DNA of 49,073 bases from Squalus acanthias (GCA_030390025.1 JASTWF010001162.1:62001-111073), one strand, 5' to 3'; shown: positions 1 through 11,478, numbered from the stretch's first letter. Numbers and translations: made by a program. Notes: a model not told the origin generated them from the letters alone.

Positions 1-1203
1 CTCTCTACCCCACATCCCCGCTCTCTACTCCCCATCACCGCTCTCTACTCCCCATTCCCGCTCTCTACTCCCCATCCCCGCTCTCTACTCCCCATCCCCG
101 CTCTCTACACCCCATCCCCGCTCTCTACTCCCCATCCCCGCTCTGTACACCCCCATCCCCGCTCTCTACACCCCATCCCCGCTCTCTCCTCCCCCATCCC
201 CGCTCTCTACTCTCCATCCCCGCTCTCTGCTCCCCATCCCCGCTCTCTACATCCCATCACCGCTCTCTGCTCCCCATCTCCGCTCTCTACTCCCTATCAC
301 CGCTCCTCTACTCCCCATCCCCGCTCTCTACTCCCCATCCCCGCTCTCTACTCTCCATCCCCGCTCTCTACTCCCCATCCCCGCTCTCCACTCCCCATTC
401 CCGCCCTTACTCCCCATTCTCGCTCTCCACTCCCCATCCCCACGCTCTACTCCCCATCCCCGCTCTCTACTCCCCATCCTCGCTCTCTAAACCCCCATTC
501 CCGCTCTCAACTCCACATCCCCACTCTCTACTCCCCATCCCCGCTCTCTACTCCCCATCCCCGCTCTCTACTCCCCATCCCCGCTCTCTACTCCCCATCC
601 CTGCTCTCTATTCCCCATCCCCGCTCTCCACTCCCCATCCCCGCTCTCTACTCCCCATCCCCGCTCGCTACACCCCATCCCCGCTCTCTACTCCCCATCC
701 CCACTCTCTACTCCCCATCCCCACTCTCTGCTCCCCATCCCCGCTCTCTACACCCCATCCCCGCTCTCTATTCCCCCATCCCCGCTCTCTACTCCCCAAT
801 ACCCGCTCTCTACTCCCCATCCCTGCTCTCTACACCACATCCCCGCTCTCTACTCCCCATCCCCGCTCTCTACACCACAGCCCCGCTCTCTGCTCCCCAT
901 CCCGCTCTCTACTCCCCATCCCGCTCTCTACTCCCCATCCCCGCTCTCTACACCCCATCACCGCTCTCTACTCACCCATACCCGCTCTCTACTCCCCATC
1001 CCGCTCTCTAATCCCCATCCCCTCTTTGCTCCCCACCCCGCTCTCTACTCCCCCATCCCCGCTCTCTACTCCCCATTCCCGGTCTCTACTCCCCATCCCC
1101 GCTCTCTACTCCCCAACCCCGCTCTCTACTCCCCCATCCTCGCTCTCTACACCGCATCCCCGCTCTCTAATCCCCATCCCGCTCTCTGCTCCCCATCCCC
1201 GCA
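1..1203. repeat. C/T-rich minisatellite, about 20-bp unit (CTCTCTACTCCCCATCCCCG), about 60 copies, open at the window start
   Basis: Directly visible tandem unit with scattered substitutions and 1-bp indels. Confidence 0.95.
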
Positions 1204-1507
1204 CACATCTTCCTCTCCCTCTCAATGTCTGTGTTTTGTCCTGCAGCGATGGACACCTTACCGGTAGACCGTGCCAGAGTCTGGGATTGTTAGTGTTGTC
1301 TCAGTGATCAGCCTTTTTAATTGTGGAGAGTCGGCCCGAGTGCGAGAATAAGCGAGATCGGGAGAAGTTTCAGGGAGTCCTTCCCCCGCCTTCCAACCGG
1401 TTGAAGCAGCTGCTGGAATCAGTGGCTTTTATAGTTCCCGAGCAGCATTTGGTGCAATTACTCTGCCCGCCCATGACATGGGATCCTCAGTCTCCACCTC
1501 CACCCCT

Positions 1508-2104
1508 ATTGGATGAGATTCCTGATGTGAATTTCAATGTATTTCCTTTATTGGTGGGGTGGGTGGTATATTGTCCAGTCACCCTGTGGCCCGGAGTCAA
1601 ATACTGCCGCTGACAGAGGGGGATGACGGTCTCCTCTGTCTGTTGGGGAACCGCGTGGGGCAGTGGGTCAGATACTGACCTTTCACCCTTTGGGCCTGGG
1701 AACAAATCCAGCCTCTGACTGAGGGGCAGGAGTTTTCTTCTCGCTGATGGGGAACTTGGTTAGCGAATGGGTCACAGTCCGTAATCACAGCCTGGCAAGT
1801 TTACATAGCTCAGGTGTTAGTGCAAACTGAGATTCGCATCTCCAGACCATCCCAGTAATATAATTACAGACCCCGGTTCCCAGTCCCACCCTGCAATAGG
1901 TCGGGTGTCAATACAAACTGGGATTCGCATCTCCAGACCCCCTCCCCGTTATATTATTACAGAGCCTGGTCTCCAGTCCCACCCTGCAATAGGTCGGGTG
2001 TCAGTGCGCACTGAGATTTTCATAACCTGATGATGACACTGAGAATTTTCCACGTTCTCATCACGAAGTGCAAACAGCGAATGGTTTCTATTCAAAGTCA
2101 CTCA
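1508..2104. repeat. Copy 1 of a diverged direct duplication (partner about 2427-2831), with an internal tandem duplication of about 93 bp (about 1812-2003)
   Basis: TTGGATGAGATTCCTGATGTGAATTTCAATGTA...TTCAAAGTCACTCA is matched by TTGGATGTGATTTCTGATGTGACTCTCAATGTA...TTCAAAGTCACTCA. CCCACCCTGCAATAGGTCGGGTGTCA occurs twice, at about 1885 and 1978. Confidence 0.8.
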
Positions 2105-2113
2105 GTGTCCTTC

Positions 2114-2421
2114 NNNNNNNNNNNNNNNNNNNNNNNNNNNNNNNNNNNNNNNNNNNNNNNNNNNNNNNNNNNNNNNNNNNNNNNNNNNNNNNNNNNNNNN
2201 NNNNNNNNNNNNNNNNNNNNNNNNNNNNNNNNNNNNNNNNNNNNNNNNNNNNNNNNNNNNNNNNNNNNNNNNNNNNNNNNNNNNNNNNNNNNNNNNNNNN
2301 NNNNNNNNNNNNNNNNNNNNNNNNNNNNNNNNNNNNNNNNNNNNNNNNNNNNNNNNNNNNNNNNNNNNNNNNNNNNNNNNNNNNNNNNNNNNNNNNNNNN
2401 NNNNNNNNNNNNNNNNNNNNN
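2114..2421. other. Assembly gap (N run)
   Basis: Run of Ns. Confidence 1.
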
Positions 2422-2426
2422 ATTGA

Positions 2427-2831
2427 TATTGGATGTGATTTCTGATGTGACTCTCAATGTACTTCCAGGATTATAAGGATGGGTGGTTTACTGTCCACTG
2501 GACCCTGGTACCTTGGGTCGAATCCAGCAATAGGCAGAGGAGATGAAGGTCTCTCACTGATGGGGGACTGGATGGGGCTGTGGTGAACACTCTGTAATTA
2601 CAGTGTGGCAAATTTACATAGATCAGGTGTCAGTACTGACTGAGATTTCCATCTCCTGACCTCCGGCACCCTCCATTATGTTATGACAGACCCTGGTCTC
2701 CAGTTCCACCCTGCAATACATCAGCTGTCAGTACAGAATGAGATTTCCATAACTTGATGTTGAAACTGAGCCTTTTACACATTGACAACACGAACTGCAA
2801 ACACAGATGTGTTTCGCTTCAAAGTCACTCA
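2427..2831. repeat. Copy 2 of the diverged direct duplication
   Basis: Colinear similarity to 1508-2104, without the internal tandem duplication. Confidence 0.8.
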
Positions 2832-2979
2832 TGTTATTGCTATTTGGTATTCAACATGATATTTGCCTATGAAACGAGCAGTCTGTTTATCCAATCAATA
2901 TCTATCTCAAAATTGTAAATAATTCTCGCTCTATCTCTTTATATACATCCTTCGGTCTATCCGCTTGTCTGTCTGTCTA

Positions 2980-5215
2980 TTAGAGAGTCATAGAGTCATA
3001 GAGTTATACAGAACAGAAAGAGGCCCTTCGGCCCATCGTGTCCGCGCCGGCTATCGAGCACTATCTATTCTAATCCCATTTTCCAGCACTTGGTCCATAG
3101 CGTTGTATGCTATGACGCTTCAAGTGCTCATCTAAATGCTTCTTGAATGTTGTGAGGGTTCCTGCCTCTACCACCCTTTCAGGCAGTGAGTTCCAGATTC
3201 CAACCACCCTCTGGGTGAAAAAGTTTTTCCTCAAATACCCTCTAAACCGCCTGCCCCTTACCTTGAAACTATGCCCCCTCGTTATTGACCACTCTACTAA
3301 GGGGAAAAGTTCATTTCTATCTGCACTATCTATGCCCCTCATAATTTTGTACACCTCAATCAGGTCCCACCTCAGCCTTCTCTGCTCCAAGGGAAACAAC
3401 CCCAGCCTGTCCAGTCTCTCTTCATAGCTGAAGCGCTTCAGCCCAGGTAACACCCTGGTGAATCTCCTCTGCACCCTCTCCAATGCAATCACATCCTTCC
3501 TATAGTGTGGCGACCAGAACTGCACACAGTATTCCAGCTGTGGCCTAACTAGCGTTTTGTACAGCTCCAGCATAACCTCCCTGCTCTTATATTCTATGCC
3601 TCGGCTAATGAAGGCAAGTATCCGATATGCATTTTTAACCAACTTATCTACCTGTCCTGCTGCCTTCAGGGATCTATGTACATGCACACCAAGGTCCCTC
3701 TGATTCTCTGTCCTTCCTAGGGTCCTACCATTCATTGTGTATTCCCTTGCCTTGCTAGTCCTCCGAAAATACATCACCTCACACTTTTCAGGGTTAAATT
3801 CCATTTGCCACTGTTCTGCCCATCTAACCAACCCGTCTATATCGTCCTGTAGCCTGAGGCTTCCCTCCTCGCTATTTACCACTCCACCAATTTTCGTGTC
3901 ATCTGCGAACTTACTGATCATACCTCCTACATTCATATCTAAATCATTAATGTACACTACAAACAGCAAAGGACCCAGCACCGATCCCTGCGGTACACCA
4001 CTGGACACAGGCTTCCAGTCACAAAAACAACCTTCGACCATCACCCTCTGCCTCCTGCCACTAAGCCAATTTTGGATCCAATGTGCCAAATTGCCCTGGA
4101 TCCCATGGGCTCTTACCTTCTTGACCAGTCTCCCATGTGGGACTTTGTCAAAAGCCTTACTGAAGTCCATGTAGACTACATCAACTGCACTACCCTCATG
4201 CACACACCTCGTCACCCCCTCGAATAATTCAATCAAATTGGTTAGACATGATCTCCCTCTGACAAAGCCATGCTGACTATCCTTGATTAATCCTTGCCTC
4301 TCCAAGTGGAGACTAATTCTGTCCCTCAGAATTTTTTCCAATAATTTCCCTACCACTGATGTTAGGCTCACTGGCCTGTAATTCCCTGGTTTATCCCTAC
4401 TACCCTTCTTGAATAATGGTACTACGTTAGCTGTTCTCCAGTCCTCTGGCACCTCCCCTGTGGCCAGAGAGGTTCTGAAAATTTGTGTCAGAGCCGCTGC
4501 AATCTCCTCACTTGCCTCACACAGCAGCCTGGGATACATCTCGTCAGGGCCTGGGAATTTATCCACTTTTAAGCCCACTAAAACCGCTAGTACCTCCTCC
4601 CTCTGAATACTAATTTGTTCAGGTATATCACAATCCCCCTGCCTGATTTCTATGCCTACATCGTCCTTCTCCATAGTGAACACAGATGTAAAAATATTCA
4701 TTTAGAACCTCACCTACATCTTCCGGCTCTACACACAGATTGCCACTTTGCTCCCTAATGGGCCCTACTCTTTCCCTGGTTATCTTCTGCCCCTTAATAT
4801 ACTTATAAAACACCTTGGGATTTTCCTTTATTTTGCCCGCCAGTGTTTTTTCATGCCCCCTCTTCGCTCTCCTAATTTCTTTTTTAAGTACCCCCCTGCA
4901 CTTTCTATACTCCTCTCGGGCTTCCACTGTTTTAGTCCTTTGTATCTGCCAAAAGCCTTCCTATTTTTCCTAATCCATTCTTGTATATCCCTTGACATCC
5001 AGGGTTCCCTGGGCTTGTTGGTCCCACCCTTGACCTTTACGGGAACATGTTGGCGTTGTACTCTCTCTATTTCCTTTCTGAAAGACTCCCACTGCTCTGA
5101 TGTGGATTTTCCTACAAGTAGCTGATCCAGTCCACTTTGGCCAGATCCTGCCTTATCCTATTAAAATCGGTCTTCCCCCAATTTAGAATCTTTATTTCCG
5201 GTCCATCTTTGTCCT
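2980..5215 (-). mobile_element. CR1-clade LINE, 3' part, cut by an assembly gap at its 5' side
   Basis: ORF2 reverse transcriptase, a short 3' UTR and a CR1-type (TGACTCTA)n tail at about 2980-3005. Confidence 0.95.
3070..4701 (-). pseudogene. CR1 ORF2 reverse transcriptase domain; frameshifted near 4690 from the upstream ORF2 part (4628-4927 frame)
   Basis: Motifs PGPDEMYPRLL, WRTANVVPLFKKG, YRPVSLTS, QHGF, DFSKAFDKV, GVPQGSVLGPLLF, FADD and a C-terminal FFTQRVV..WNSLP typical of CR1 ORF2. Confidence 0.92.
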
Positions 5216-5355
5216 NNNNNNNNNNNNNNNNNNNNNNNNNNNNNNNNNNNNNNNNNNNNNNNNNNNNNNNNNNNNNNNNNNNNNNNNNNNNNNNNNNNNN
5301 NNNNNNNNNNNNNNNNNNNNNNNNNNNNNNNNNNNNNNNNNNNNNNNNNNNNNNN
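5216..5355. other. Assembly gap (N run)
   Basis: Run of Ns. Confidence 1.
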
Positions 5356-6104
5356 TTCTCTAGCTGTCCATATATAAATGGATATATAATATATATATTA
5401 CATCTCTGTATGAGTGTATGTCAAATGTTTGTACATATCGGTCTCTCCATTTCTCCCTTTATCTATATCGCTACCTATCCACCCACCATTCCTACTTACA
5501 GATGACTGTGAGGAGAAAGCTCAGTATAAAACCCACTCCACCACCCAATCCTCTATTTTTTTTACCTGTAATAAGTGTTCATGTTAAAAGGAAAGACGCC
5601 ATTGGTTTGGTGCACGGCCCGATCTTTATTCACTCAAAATGCTAAACTTTGACTTTCTTGTGGATCAATCTTCAGATAAACAGTTACAAAAACAGAAAAG
5701 ATGGCGACACGTCCCATTTGAAACTGAACAGTAATTGCTTGTGGTGAAACTTTTATTCCAGTCTCGTTTCATTCTGTCTCTGACTATAAGCTACTTTATC
5801 CCCTAACCACTCTAGCCCAGTATTGGGAAGGCCCGCGATATGACCTCTTCTATCATGTTGTTAGACTGTAAGTAGAATTGCAATGATCAACTCTCTGTAA
5901 AACCCTCACCCATTTAATGGTTTAAAAACTTCGCCCATATCAAGCGAGAGTCTCCTAGTAACTCCTTCATCACCTTACACGGGATACACTAAAGTAGCTT
6001 GTTTGATATATAATCCTTCTCTCAACTCTAGTTTCCAACCTCTATTTTCCGCTCTTGCTTACTTGCCTCTTTTTCACGTGTGGTTTGGTGCCAGTTTGTC
6101 TTGG

Positions 6105-6370
6105 TTGCTTTGATTCTCCACTCTGAGTCAGGAGCTCATGGATTCGAGCCCAACTCCAGAGACCTGAGCACAGAATCTAGGCCGATTTCCCAGCGGCAGT
6201 ACAGCGGGAGTGCTGCACTGTCAGAGGTGCCGTCTTTCTGATGAGGCATGAAACCGAGGCCGCGTCTGCCTGTTCAGGTGAAGGTTAAAGGTCTCACGGT
6301 CATTACTGGAGAAGAGCAGAGGAGTTCTCTCCGGTGTCCTGGGACCAACCTTCCTCCTTCAACTAATCAC
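6105..6370 (+). mobile_element. DeuSINE (SacSINE1/AmnSINE1-like) fragment abutting the V pseudogene
   Basis: B-box-like GGATTCGAGCCC followed by the Deu core GTGCTGCACTGTCAGAGGTGCCGTCTTT...AAACCGAGGCC...GAAGAGCAG..GAGTTCTC.CCGGTGTCCTGG, recognised from memory of the family. Confidence 0.75.
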
Positions 6371-6586
6371 CTGCCCTTTCTCTGGTGGCTTTTGGGATTA
6401 TAATTTCCAAAATGGGTATTTCTTCAGACAAACCCAGACCGGGACAGAGTGGGTGGATCTCGAGCGGACGGCCATTTGTTGAGTCGATGAACTTCGCAGA
6501 AACGAGGTTTTTCCGGGAAATTCGGGATGTGCGAGTTGAAGGCAGCGCCACCTATTACTGTAACGCTGAGTGCCGGTACTGCACCA
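6363..6586 (+). pseudogene. NAR-TCR (IgNAR-like) V segment pseudogene; FR1 and leader missing, frameshift near 6450
   Basis: Frame A from the Cys at 6372 reads CPFSGGFWDYNFQNGYFFRQTQTGTEW. Frame B reads ISSGRPFVESMNFAETRFFREIRDVRVEGSATYYCNAECRYCT. The short FR2/CDR2 region and ISSG..FVES.N....F..EIRDVRVE.SATYYC match the NAR V pattern. An RSS follows directly. Confidence 0.8.
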
Positions 6587-6624
6587 CACAGTGATGGGCC
6601 CCGGCTTCCCGCCATACAAAAACT
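6587..6624 (+). promoter_or_regulatory. Recombination signal sequence, 22-bp spacer (23-class), of the NAR-TCR V
   Basis: CACAGTG (6587-6593) + 22 bp + ACAAAAACT (6616-6624). Confidence 0.93.
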
Positions 6625-6808
6625 CTCACTGCGGATTGTAACAGAAACAAGTGAAAAAGTGGAGTCAATCTGCCGTTAAACCCAAAGTTCCGCCTCGCAC
6701 CGTCTGCCCCACAGTCTAGTTTATAACCAGATTGGATTATTGCAGTTAACACCTTGAGTTTTGTAAATGTCGAGTGTGTGCGGATGGTGTCGTCTTTCCT
6801 GGGATTCT

Positions 6809-7099
6809 TAGAATCATAGAAATTTACGGCACAGAAGGAGGCCATTCGGCCCATCGTGACTGTGCCGGCCGAAATGAGCTCTCCAGCCTAATCCCACTTT
6901 CCAGCTCTTGTCCCGTAGCCCTGTAGGTTACCGCACTTCAAATGCATATCCAAGTACATTTTAAATGTGATGGGGGTTTCTGCCTCTACCACACTTTCAG
7001 GCAATGAGTTCCAGACCCCCATCACCCTCTGGGTGAAAACAGTTCTGCTCAACTCCCCTGTAATCCTTCTACCAATTACTTTAAATCTATGGCCCCTGG
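6809..7099 (-). mobile_element. CR1 3'-end fragment
   Basis: Colinear with 2990-3280 (GGCCATTCGGCCCATCG...TAATCCCACTTTCCAGC...ACCCTCTGGGTGAAA). Confidence 0.88.
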
Positions 7100-7634
7100 T
7101 GTTGTTTTAAACAATCTTCTGTTGTTCAGGTGAGTAGTAAAGAATTCAGTCTTATGGTTACAATCACTTTATTTTTTCTACTTTAACATAAAAGACAATC
7201 TAAAAGCGGAGTGTAATTCCTTCAGAGGATAAGGCAGTTTACAAGTGGAGTTCTGTCAGCAGTTCCGAGTGTAGCCCTGCACGCCAGGAGGTTTCTCTCT
7301 TTTCTCTCTCTCTAATGATGCCAATCACCTTTTTCCGCTCTATATTGAATGAACTAAACATGAACACCTTTCAGAAGCTGAATTAGCCGAGTTTCATCTG
7401 CCAAAAAGCCCTACTTTTTTCCGATAGGTTACCTCTGAGGAAAGTGTTTTATACCCCTCTTTGTCTCCTAGCTTCATCTTCGGGCCCTTGCTATCTCCTT
7501 ACCTTTCCTTATATGTTCTATGTCCCTTATCAATTCCCTCACACGACGTAATGGTTTGGTGTCAATGAATGGCGATTGGGAATGACTGATCCCAGTTACA
7601 AGTCCCCAACACCTGATGGGATCCTGTTCTAACA
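7100..7634 (-). mobile_element. Putative solo LTR, about 535 bp
   Basis: TGTT...AACA termini. On the minus strand, TATAAAA (7453-7447) precedes AATAAA (7173-7168). Flanks CCTGG/GCTGG would be an imperfect 5-bp target-site duplication. Confidence 0.45.
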
Positions 7635-7699
7635 GCTGGAACCGGGAGCCGCGGTCCCCGCCGTGTAACTAATGTCCCCCCATCTCACCGAGTCCCGGG

Positions 7700-7727
7700 G
7701 GATTTGATGCTGACTTGAAACACTGTG
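7700..7727 (-). promoter_or_regulatory. 12-bp-spacer RSS of the J segment
   Basis: GGATTTGAT (7700-7708, 6/9 match to GGTTTTTGT) + 12 bp + CACTGTG (7721-7727). Confidence 0.75.
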
Positions 7728-7787
7728 TTTACTGGGGTTATTGTGATTCTGTGGATGGATCCGGGACGGTAGTGACTGTCACAGCAG
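7728..7787 (+). CDS. NAR-TCR J segment (YWGYCDSVDGSGTVVTVTA)
   Basis: Follows an RSS heptamer, carries a G-S-G-T-V-V-T-V J motif like NAR J, and ends in a phase-1 donor G|GTAAGT at 7788. Confidence 0.85.
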
Positions 7788-8289
7788 GTAAGTGACTCCA
7801 AACCCCGTCGTGTCACAGACTGTCCCGGTTAATGTTCATCGTCAGTTTATTGTTGTGATCAGTATCACCTCAATCCCTTCAAATTAAAACAGAGCGGTTT
7901 TCTTAGGGGGGTTTCATTGCAGTTTTAGATTGGGGAGCAGAATAACAACCGGGGTCGAGTCCGGAGAGAGGTAGTGTGAGACCCCACACGGAGCAGGCAG
8001 TCTGGGGGGTTTGACCCCATCTGGAGCATCATTGGTTTAACGGGGACCTCGGGGGATCCAATGAATATCCCGGAGTCTCACTCTGATCCCCAGTTGGTTT
8101 AAATGAGCGCAGATTGTCGACACTCCGGCCTCCGCTCTCGGTGTTAACCATGACTGAGGGAGCTCTGCCTGTCCCTGTGAGCAGGACAGGGGGTCACAGA
8201 GCTCCGTCCTTGGCAGGAGATTCCAGTCCGAGCTGGGCAGTAGCAATGAGGTACCGGGAGATTGAACCCAACACTACAGCCGACCTTAT

Positions 8290-8597
8290 ACAACAGCAAA
8301 ATACTGCGGATGCTGGAAATCTGAAATAAAAACAGAAACTGCTGGAAATACTCAGCAGGCCAGGCAGCATCTGTGGAGAGAGAAACAGAGTTAACGTTTC
8401 AGGTCAATGACCCTTCGTCAGAACTGGGAAAAGCTGGAGATGGAACAGGCAGGGAAAGGGGGGAGGGGAGGAAAGAACAAAAGGGAAGGTCTGTGATAGG
8501 ATGGAAGGCGGAGAGAGTCAGAGACGAAAGGGATGATGGGAATGGGACAAGTTCACTGCCTGACCTGCTGAGTATTTCCAGCATTTTCTGTTTTTAC
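8290..8597. mobile_element. Penelope-like element remnant with an inverted repeat of about 40 bp
   Basis: AAAACAGAAACTGCTGGAAATACTCAGCAGGCCAGGCAG (about 8329-8368) is mirrored by CTGCCTGACCTGCTGAGTATTTCCAGCATTTTCTGTTTTT (about 8556-8595). The family assignment is from recall of a common shark repeat. Confidence 0.6.
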
Positions 8598-9112
8598 TAC
8601 AGCGGCTCGTCCGATACCCACAGCGCCCCGTCCGATACCTGCAGGGGCCCGTCCGATACCTGCAGCGGCCCGTCCGATACCCACAGCGCCCCGTCCGATA
8701 CCCACAGCGCCCCGTCCAATACCTGCAGCGGCCCGTCCGATACCCACAGCGCCCCGTCCGATACCCACAGCGCCCCGTCCAATACCTGCAGCGGCCCGTC
8801 CGATACCTGCAGCGCCCCGTCCGTTACCCACAGCGCCCCGTCCGATACCCACAGCGCCCCGTCCAATACCTGCAGCGGCCCGTCCGTCACAGCGGTCTGC
8901 CCGAGACCCGATACCCACAGCGCCCCGTCCAATACCTGCAGCGGCCCGTCCGATACCCTGCAGCGGCCCGTCCGATACCCACAGCGCCCCGTCCGATACC
9001 ACAGCGCCCCGTCCAATACCTGCAAGCGGCCCGTCCGATACTGCAGCGGCCCGTCCGATACCTGCAGCGGCCCGTCCGATACCTGCAGCGGCCCGTCCGA
9101 TACCTGCAGCGG
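8598..9112. repeat. GC-rich 21-bp minisatellite with two interleaved variants (CAGCGGCCCGTCCGATACCTG / CAGCGCCCCGTCCGATACCCA)
   Basis: About 24 visible tandem copies. Confidence 0.95.
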
Positions 9113-9354
9113 CAGAAAAATTGGAGCACAACACAGCGGGGCTTCTGATACAGAAATCCGCCTGTAGGTCTAGATGACATTTCATTATTGGGCACTCAGT
9201 GACTGAAATTAGTTGTATTTTAACTGACATTTATTCCAATTGCTTTTAAATAAATAATCATTTTGCCTCCATGTCTCTCGTTTAAGTCGAAATGTCAAAG
9301 CTCCGAACTAAAAACACTTCTCTATTTTTATATTGTTCGATATTTTCTAATCAA

Positions 9355-9625
9355 TCCAATAGGGAATTCAGGAGGATCTTCTTTACCCAGAGAGTGGTCA
9401 GAATGTGGAACTCGCTGCCACAAGGAGCAGTTGAGCCGAATAACATCGATACATTGAAGGGGAATCTAGATAAGTAGGTGAGGGAGAAAGGAATCGAAGG
9501 ATCTGTTGATGGGGTGAGATGGAGTAGGGGTGGGAGGAGGCTCGTGTGGAGCAGTAACACCGGCATGGACCGATTGGGCCCAATGGCCTGTTTCTGTGCT
9601 CTACATTCTGTGTAATTCTCTGTAA
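9355..9625 (+). mobile_element. CR1 3'-end fragment
   Basis: Encodes FRRIFFTQRVVRMWNSLPQGAVE and ends in GGCCTGTTTCTGTGCT plus a tail. Confidence 0.85.
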
Positions 9626-10024
9626 TATTTAATGTTCATGTTTGAGAGATCGGATTGCAGTAATTTATCTGTATCCATGGTTACTGTTAACTGAAACAAC
9701 ACTGGGCAGTGAGCGAGTGAGGGCGAGGTTCTAATGTTCCTATAAAGGAGAGCAGGAACACCCGAGGGAACAAGTACAGACTGGAGGGAAGCCCATTTAG
9801 AACCAGCAAGAAATCATTCACCGAAAGGGAGAGAAATATCGGACTTCACCGGCCGGGCGGGGGTGTGGAGACACCGGTCTCTGGGCCGTTCAAAGCACAA
9901 TCCGACACCGGGGCAGTGAGATTTACTGGAGGGACGGGCTGCGATTGGACTCCGGCCCTTTTCTCAGCTTTGGATTTCTTGCACTCCTGAGAAAAGACAT
10001 CAGCAGCAATCCACACATTTCTGG

Positions 10025-10460
10025 AAAGATTGAACAGGCGGGGGGTCTATTCTCTGGAAAAGAGAAGAAAACGAGGAGACCTGATGGAGGTGATTAAAAT
10101 GATGAAGGGGTTCGATAGGGTGCACGTGGGGAAACTGTTTCCATTGAGGGTGAGTCCAGAACAAGGGGCCACAAATATAAGATAGTCACTAACAGAACAA
10201 ATAAAGACATTGGGAAGAATTTATTCACACAGAGAGGAGTCAGAATGTGGAACTCGCTGCCACACGGAGCAGTTGGAGCAGATAGCGTTGATGCATTTAA
10301 GGGGAGGCTTGAAAAATACAGGAGGGAGAAAGGAATCGAGGGACACAGGGGTCAGGGTGGGAAGAGGTAATTAGAGTGGGGAGAGGCTCGTGTGGAGTAT
10401 AAACACCGCACAGACCAGTTGGGCCGAATGGCCTGTTCCTGTTCTGCAGATTCTGTATAA
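10025..10460 (+). mobile_element. CR1 3'-end fragment
   Basis: Degraded ORF2 C-terminus (CAGAATGTGGAACTCGCTGCCAC) and 3' UTR (GGGCCGAATGGCCTGTTCCTGT). Confidence 0.85.
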
Positions 10461-11046
10461 TATAAATCTCAGAGAAAACTCCGCCCGGAGAACACAGGAG
10501 AGAATCAGCCAATGGGCTGAAGGAATTGAAGTTGTCAGAGAGCCGGAAGAGGCAGTTTCCAGTGAGTAACAGTAAAACCACTGCGGAAACTTCACAGACT
10601 GAACCCGACTGACAACTGAGGGACTTTGGGACAAGTTCTCAGGCTGGCAAAAAACCACAAACAGCACAAAGTGAGCGACCCAGATGTAGAAATAACATGA
10701 AACTAACTGTAAATAATTCAAAGTAGAGTGTAATGAAGCAAAAGGGGCCCCACTGATGGAAGAAAAGAGACAAATAGAGCGAGAGGCAGACAGGAGCTCC
10801 CGTGAACTGTTAAACTGCAGCAAAAGATTGACCTTTGACCCACAGATTTTCAGTGTCAGTTTGGCTCAATCGGTGCTGATGAATCTCACGGCTTTCTGTT
10901 GGATCTTGCTGTGCGCAGTGACATAACACAGCCGGGTCACTCTCGGTCAAACATCATTGGAATGTGGTTGTCTCAGAGAGGAGGAGAATGGACTATTGTT
11001 TTTTTCGGGTTTATTTTTCACGAAGAAAAATAAAACCAGAAATGAA

Positions 11047-11292
11047 ATAGAAATCATAGAATCATTCAGCAGAGAAGGAGGTCATTCGCCCCACCTTGCC
11101 TGTGCGGCTCTTTAAAGGAGCTAATCAATTACTCCCACTCGCCCCGCTCTTTCCCCATAGCCCTGACAATTATTCCTTTTCCAGTATTGATCCAATTTCC
11201 TGTTGCAAGTTACTATTGAATCTGCACCCACCACCCTTTCAGGCAGTGCATTCCAGATCATAACGGCTTACTGCGTAAATATAATTCTCCTC
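11047..11292 (-). mobile_element. CR1 3'-end fragment
   Basis: ATCATAGA tail repeats and ACCACCCTTTCAGGCAGTG..TTCCAGAT, shared with the long CR1 copy. Confidence 0.8.
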
Positions 11293-11478
11293 AGTGCCCC
11301 CCCCCCCCCCCCCCGCCTCCCCACGCCGGTTCTTTTGCCAATGACAGTGAATAAAGTTGGAATAGGCTTCAAATGAAGCACAGCATTAGCGCGAGAGGCA
11401 GAACTATTCCTGTGATTGACAAGTGTCCCCGGTAAACAACAGGCAAATAAATAACATTTCCCCATTTTAATCCTGCAG

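Noticed and set aside
2030-2476. ORFs spanning N runs (also 5137-5505)
   Set aside because: Artefacts of assembly gaps.
3143-5125. Plus-strand ORFs overlapping the CR1 element
   Set aside because: Antisense shadows of ORF2.
6750-6785. GAGTTTTGT...GTGTGTG as a 5' D RSS
   Set aside because: Spacing is 7-9 bp rather than 12, the heptamer is poor, and there is no 3' RSS.
8373-9230. ORFs of 264 aa (+) and 225 aa (-) with SDTHSAP / GIGRAAA repeats
   Set aside because: Translations of the 21-bp minisatellite and the adjacent repeat.
9720-9990. Possible very old LINE 3' fragment
   Set aside because: Similarity is too weak to support by eye.
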